Assembly (NCBI RefSeq): GCF_009914755.1
Contig: NC_060933.1
Length of the DNA stretch: 64,000 nt
Direction: 5' to 3' (one strand)
Origin: the human T2T-CHM13v2.0 reference genome, Homo sapiens
How positions within the stretch are numbered: the first letter of the stretch is position 1; the number at the start of each line of letters is the position of its first letter. The notes under the pieces are model-generated. The model searched no databases. It was given only the letters and a program-made list of their open reading frames with translations, and was not told where the DNA came from. The position numbers and the translations under genes were made by a program. Positions 58,000 to 64,000 of this stretch are shown piece after piece.

Positions 58000-58654
58000 T
58001 GTATTAGTCTCTTCTCACACTGCTGATAAAGACATACCGGAAACTGGGCAATTTACAAAAAAAAAAGAGACATGGCTAGGGAGGCCTCACAATCATGGTG
58101 GAAGGCAAGGAGGAGCAAGTCACGTCTTATATGGATGGCAGCAGGCAAAGAGAGAGAGAGCGTGTGCAGGGAAACTCCCCCTTATAAAACCATCAGGTCT
58201 TGGCTGGGCACGGTGACTTACGCCTGTAATCCCAGCACTTTGGGAGGCCGAGGCAGTTGGATCACGAGGTCAGGAGATTGAGACCATCCTGGCTAACATA
58301 GTGAAACCCCTTTTCTACTAAAAATACAAAAAATTAGCCGGGCATGGTGGCAGGCGCCTGTAGTCCCAGCTACTCGGGAGGCTGAGGCAGGAGAATGGTG
58401 TGAACTCAGGAGGTGGAGCTTACAGTGAGCCAAGATCATGCCACTGCACTCCAGACTGGGCGACAGAGCAAGACTCCATCTCAAAAAACAAACAAAAACA
58501 AAAACAAAAAACCCATCAGGGCTTGCGAGACTTATTCACTATCTCAAGAACAGCACAGGAAAGACCTGCTCCCATGATTCAATTACCTCCCTCCAGTCCC
58601 TGCCATGACACATGGGAATTTGAGATTTGGGTGGGGCACAGCCAAACCATAACA
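58000..58654 (-). mobile_element. THE1B-like (MaLR) solo LTR, split by an Alu
   Basis: tgtattagtc...gctgataaagacatacc...ggcaaggaggagcaagtcacgtctta...tgagatttgggtggggcacagccaaaccataaca; 5-bp TSD GATGG/GGTGG. Confidence 0.85.
58202..58511 (+). mobile_element. Alu (AluY/Sc-like) inside the THE1 LTR
   Basis: gatcacgaggtcaggagattgagaccatcctggctaaca; TSD aaa(a/c)ccatcagg(t/g)ctt. Confidence 0.93.
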
Positions 58655-59860
58655 GGTGGTGTCTGTGTCGCTGGGTTGCTGCGTGAGTTAAGCAGGATGT
58701 CCATGGAAATGTGCAACCTGTGCTGGCCCTGGGCGAGTGCTCAGTGCACAGGAGCACCCCTTCCCACCCATCCCTTCCTCCTCCCTCCCCTCCTGCCTTC
58801 CCTTGGTCATCTTTTATAATTATAGCAATAATATCCAGTAGCTGTAGCAGTAGTTTGCAGTCTCTGAAGCCCACTCGGGGTCCTCTCTCTTGGCTCCTGC
58901 CCTGGAGGCCTTCCCTGGGACCCTGTTGGGCTGGGAGGGTGGGAATGGTCTGGAACAGAGCGGCCCCTGGCACTGAGCTCTGGAGATGATGGAAGAACAT
59001 ACTCGGAGTTTGGTAGGAGACAGAGAATTGAATGGAAAGGAGGATGGTCTAGGCCCGGGTGGGGCAGCTGCTAAGCCCTGTGTACCTTGGTTTCCCTGTC
59101 CCTGGTCCCTGTGGCAGAATCTTGCTGCCTGACCTTTGTGCCATGCCCCCTTCAGCTGAGCCATGCAGAGAGGGGACCTCACCAGGGCCCTCCTGTCCTC
59201 CCCTTGGCCCCTCCTCTGCCCTCATCCCTCCCCACCCAGAGCCAGCCTGCTCCCCTCACCAAGGTGGCCAGGGTCTTCAGGTGAGAATCTCCATGGCATC
59301 TTAGGGCCCCAAACAGAAGTCCATCCCTTCACCTCATCACAGGACCCACCTGCAGCCTGTCACCAGCCACCCTCCTCTCATCCCTGGCCCTTGCTGTCCC
59401 ACCCCGATGCTGTCCCACCCAGGCTCTGTCCCCTCTCCTCTCCTACCAAAGCTTCCACAGCCTCCCAGTTCCAAGGTGCACCTGGATCCTTTCTAGAGGT
59501 AGGGGCCAGCTGAGTCTGTCTAGAAATAATTTCTAGCCATGTGAATTCTTACATATTTTAAGTAATTAAATTTGAAATCTATTGCAACATGTTCTAGGGT
59601 GAGGTGGGTGCTAGAGAAGGCGGAAGGGAAAGACTCAGCCCAGGCCTTGCTGTCTGGTCCCGGGGAGCTGAAGCCTGAGCTTCTGTTTCCTTCTATTAGG
59701 CTGCAATGGGCTCAGGTAATCGACACTCCAGAGGCCAGGAGAACAGATGTGTTGAGTAGAGGTACTTCTAGGATGTGGGCACACAGTGGACTGGTGGGTG
59801 GGGCAGGGGTGACGAGCTGGCATGGAACCCAGCCCTTCCCTGGACCAGATGTCTCTAATG

Positions 59861-60522
59861 TGCAGGTGAGGAAACCAAGGCACAGACAAGGTGAGTCACT
59901 GGCCTGCCACACAGCGCAGAAGCCGGACTTCGGCAGAAACCAGGCCTTGGATGGGGCTGCCTCACCCAGGGCACAGGCTCACCTTTGCACGACTGCATCC
60001 CTTTGCCCTCTTGCTCAATCTTCCCTTCACTGTCACCCACATTCAGCAGGGGGCAGGCGCTGGAGTCTCAGGGGGAATCAGATGCCAAACCTACCCCAGG
60101 GATGCCTGTGCTGATGTAGAGTCACGTCTGAGGGGGACCAACCATGCCCCCCTGGAGTGTTCTCTGGCCGTGCCCACTGCAGGGCACCCTCCCACCTCCC
60201 ACATGGGTGGCTGAGCCTGGGAGTAGGGGGTGTCTGGTAGAGATGGGAAAACCAGGGGCAGACAGCCATGCTCCAGGAAGCTGTGGGTTTGCAAAGCAGT
60301 GTCCAGGGCAAGCCACGCAGACCCCAGGGCCCTTCAGCCACCCCTCCCCAGCCAATGTCCCCCTTTCCTCTGGCCTTCCTGTCACCAGGACTTCCAGGGC
60401 TCAGCCCTTACCTGCTGGGAGTGAGATGTGGCAAGGAGAAGGCTGAGAGGGTAGGAGGTTTTGAGACCCTTCATGCAGGGGGTCAGGGGAAGGGCCAAGT
60501 TCAAGGGCCAGGACCAGACTCC
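59861..60522 (-). repeat. Inverted duplication, right arm
   Basis: Reverse complement of 57290-57980. The ORF track shows mirrored peptides (e.g. 57446+ versus 60122-). Confidence 0.92.
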
Positions 60523-61549
60523 TGGACTGCTAAGATGTAAAGGTGGGACAGGAGCCCCTGTCCCGAGTCAGGCTGGCTTGTCTCCATTCATTCATTCTGT
60601 CAGTTAGTCATCAGACATCCCTTGATCCCTGCAGTCTGCCCAACTCTGGGCTGGGGACTCATATATAAATGGCAGTGGGTGGGAGGAACGCTTAGGGCTG
60701 GGGCTTAGGACAAGTCAAAATCCATGAACAAGGGACGCAGCAGAGGGAATGTCCTCTGCCACCCTTTTCATCGGATTCAGGCTCTGAGCAGAGCCAGAGA
60801 CCTGCCCATTCCACAGGCACCAGAGTTGGCAGCTCAGCCACCACATAGGTGCACGGGGTGGGGGCAGTGGCTGGCAGGAGGTGGGCAGCTGCTCTGGGGG
60901 AGGTGTGGGTGCCAGGCAGAGGGTGCACACCCATGAACAAAGAGGCACACCAGTGCGCACTACAGGGGTTGGGAGCGCGGGGTGGGGTGGGCTGGGGTGG
61001 GGCAGCAGCTGCCTCTCCAGCCTCCCAGTCCCTCTCTTGCTGAGCGATGGGCAGGGCTGATAGCAGCGGATGTTGGGCCAGCCGAGGGGGCTCACTGCCC
61101 CCCCACAAGAGTTCTTTATCGGCAGGATGCGCCGTTGCCAGGGAGCTGGCTTCAGGCCCTGCTCTAGCCGTTGCTGGGAGGATTATCAGAAAGATTTGAG
61201 TCTTTTTAATTAAATCCAAGCGAATGCAATTCTGTGCCTGCACGGAGAAGCCCATTCAGGATCCTGTCACTGCCTCCGATAGCTTTGTCTCAAAGTCCCT
61301 GCTATCAGGCCACCAATCTGGCCACGAGGCGGCTGCCCCCATCCCCAGCTTGACAGCGGTGGGTACCTGGGGAGCCAACACGTAGGAGGTCCCTTCTGCC
61401 CTGCTGGGTGCTGGCCTCAGAATTCCAGGGAAATTTTGCCAGGGGCCAGGCCAGAAAGTCACAACCCTTCACTCAGCTTTAAAAGTCGGTCTTACCAGCC
61501 ACAGCACCCAAGCACACGCCCTTTGAGCTTTCACATGGTGCCAGGTGTT

Positions 61550-61740
61550 GTGCCCTGGCTCATGGATTCCTCAGGCTGCAACCCTATAGGGAAGCTTCTA
61601 CTACCATCCCCACTTTACAGATTTGAGAAAACAGAGCCCTAGAGGGACGAATTCACTCAGCCAGGTCCACACAGGTAGTAAGTGGCAGAACCAGGATTTA
61701 AACTGAAGTCTTTCTGATTCCAAAGTCTCCACTCTTAATT
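61550..61740. mobile_element. MIR
   Basis: cccactttacagatttgagaaaacagag...gtagtaagtggcagaaccaggattt...tctgattccaaagtc. Confidence 0.75.
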
Positions 61741-61743
61741 CCA

Positions 61744-61747
<4 letters not shown>

Positions 61748-61775
<28 letters not shown>

Positions 61776-62058
61776 GAGACAGTCTCGCTCTGTCACCCAG
61801 GCTGGAATGTGGTGGTGCAATCTTGGCTCACTGCAACCTGCAACCTCCGCCTCCTGGGTTCAAGCGATTCTCCTGCCTCAGCCTCCCAAGTAGCTGGGAT
61901 TACAGGCACCCGCCATCACGCCTAATTTTTGTATTTTTAGTAGAAACAGGGTTTCGCCATGTTGGCCAGGCTGGTCTTGAACTACTGACCTCAGGTGATC
62001 CACCCTCCTCGACCTCCCAAAGTTCTGGGATTACAGGCATGAGCCACCGTGCCTAGCT
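61748..62058 (-). mobile_element. Alu (AluS-like) with TSD
   Basis: TSD TTAATTCCACTCTT on both sides. Confidence 0.95.
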
Positions 62059-62841
62059 TTAATTCCACTCTTAAAGTATCCATGTCTACTAGTTTGAGGG
62101 CCAGCCTGGGCCTGCCCAACCATTCCAGCCACCCTCTCACCAAGGCCCCCGGGCTCCATCCAGCAGTCCCACCACTAGCAGTCATCACTCCAACCATAAC
62201 AACAGCCAGCACGTTCCAAGTACCCACCAGGTGCCAGGCACCTTTCCCCTTGCCTCGTTCAGGCCTCACTTAGCCTTCGGAGGCGGCATCAGCCTCTGCC
62301 CCATTCCTGGATGCAGAAACAGGAGCTCTGAGAGGGCTGAGTCAGTTGCCCAGCATCACAAAGTCAGGGACAGGTCCCCCCTCCCAGGTTTTCCTGGTTC
62401 AAAGCTGGCATTCCCGGCCTCTCTTGTCCCACAGGAGGCAAAAGCCCGTGCCTGGCACAGCCTGGGAATGGGAGGCAAGTCAGGGTCAGGGCTCAGGGAC
62501 TCGGAGTTGGTTCATGCTGCTGCCAGAGGACAAAATTAACTCGATAAATAACAGATATGGCAGGGGGCGGGGTGCGCTCCTTTTAGAAAACTCGGCAGCT
62601 CCGGGCACCCATGCCTGTGTGTGGGCTTTATGGAGCTAAGTTTTCATTGCAGGCCCCACATCCTGGCCGCAGCCTTCCTGCAGAGGAGGACGCGTGTTCT
62701 TTTTAATTAAACCTGTCTGTTATCACAGCAGATTGCTACGAAGGGAGGCCCATTAGCGGAGCGGCAGCTGTTGGGAAACCGCTTGCCACACTGAGCACAC
62801 GGGCCCTGGAACTCTCGACGGGGCCAGCATCCCTGACCCTT

Positions 62842-62872
62842 CCCCTGCCCCTGCCCCTGCCCCTGCCCCTGC
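62842..62872. repeat. (CCCCTG)5 tandem repeat; G-quadruplex-capable on the minus strand
   Basis: cccctgcccctgcccctgcccctgcccctg. Confidence 0.85.
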
Positions 62873-63621
62873 TGCAACACCAGCGAGGAGCTCTGGGCAG
62901 GGCCTCCCACGCCCAGCCCCACTATGCACCAGGAGACACCTGCCACCCAGAGCTCCTACTAAGCAGGGGAGCCTCCCACCCCAGGAACACAGCTCTGGGG
63001 ACAGAGAAACCTGGATGGGATCCTGGCGCAGCCACTTGTTGGCAATGTGGTCCCAGGACAGTACCTCAGCTCTTTGGTAATGATGAGGCACAGCTCCCAT
63101 ACACCGACGCACCCAGCTTCAGGTACACAATCCGACGACCTCCACAAAGCTTCACGAAGTAGGGACTGTTGTCCTCATTTTACAGATAGGGAAACTGAGG
63201 CTCAGGAACAACTGACCGGGTTACACCGCTTGAATATGGCTGAGCTAGGATTTCAATGGACCACAGGCTCAGCTTCCCTAGCTAGGAAACGCAGATAATG
63301 GTCTTCACCTGGGAATGTGGGTGGGGGTGGGGGAGTTATTAATAAATAAGGCAGTGAAGGGCGTGGAGTGAGCGTCCATAAATGGCTGCAATTTTTATAT
63401 GAACGTTGTAATTTAAGCACATGACTGGCCCTTAGCCCCATTTTCCAGATGATGAAACTGAGGCTCTGGCCCTCATAGTCCCCGGTAATCCCCCCTCCTA
63501 TATCACCCCACACCTGGTCATGCCAGCAGCCTCCCCACCACCTTTCCTAATCTTTTGCCTGTCTCTTCTCCACTGGGCACCAGAACAATTTCTCATTCTC
63601 TCATCAAAATAATGTGGATTT

Positions 63622-64000
<379 letters not shown>

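Noticed and set aside
57397-60446. Paired similar ORFs on opposite strands suggesting duplicated genes
   Set aside because: A by-product of the inverted duplication; frames shift between the copies, so coding capacity is not preserved.

Overview
Human (primate) genomic DNA. I recognise it as chr9q33.3 from the short terminal coding exon YEYSFRTEQSAAARLPPSPTRCQQIPQS* at 14643-14729, which matches my recollection of the MVB12B (FAM125B, ESCRT-I subunit) C-terminus. Bases 1-14642 are the last intron and 14730-~18485 the 3' UTR (AATAAA at 18465-18470). The remaining ~45 kb is intergenic DNA running toward LMX1B, which from memory lies beyond the window end. I see no other credible protein-coding sequence; the ORF track looks like GC-rich or Alu noise. 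The non-coding architecture is the interesting part: (i) divergent CTCF-like motifs in the MVB12B last intron; (ii) an orphan CpG island at ~25.7-26.15 kb; (iii) several repeat-poor AT-rich islands rich in TAATTA/HOX/PBX motifs, two of which (~40 kb and ~45-46 kb) are candidates for the LMX1B autoregulatory limb enhancers LARM2 and LARM1; (iv) a ~670-bp inverted duplication (57290-57980 / 59861-60522) whose body I cannot assign to a known repeat, flanking a THE1B LTR; (v) nested transposons (Alu, L1, L2, MIR, MER5, MER53, MER63, MER44, MADE1). Repeat family names and boundaries are by-eye calls and should be confirmed with RepeatMasker/Dfam.
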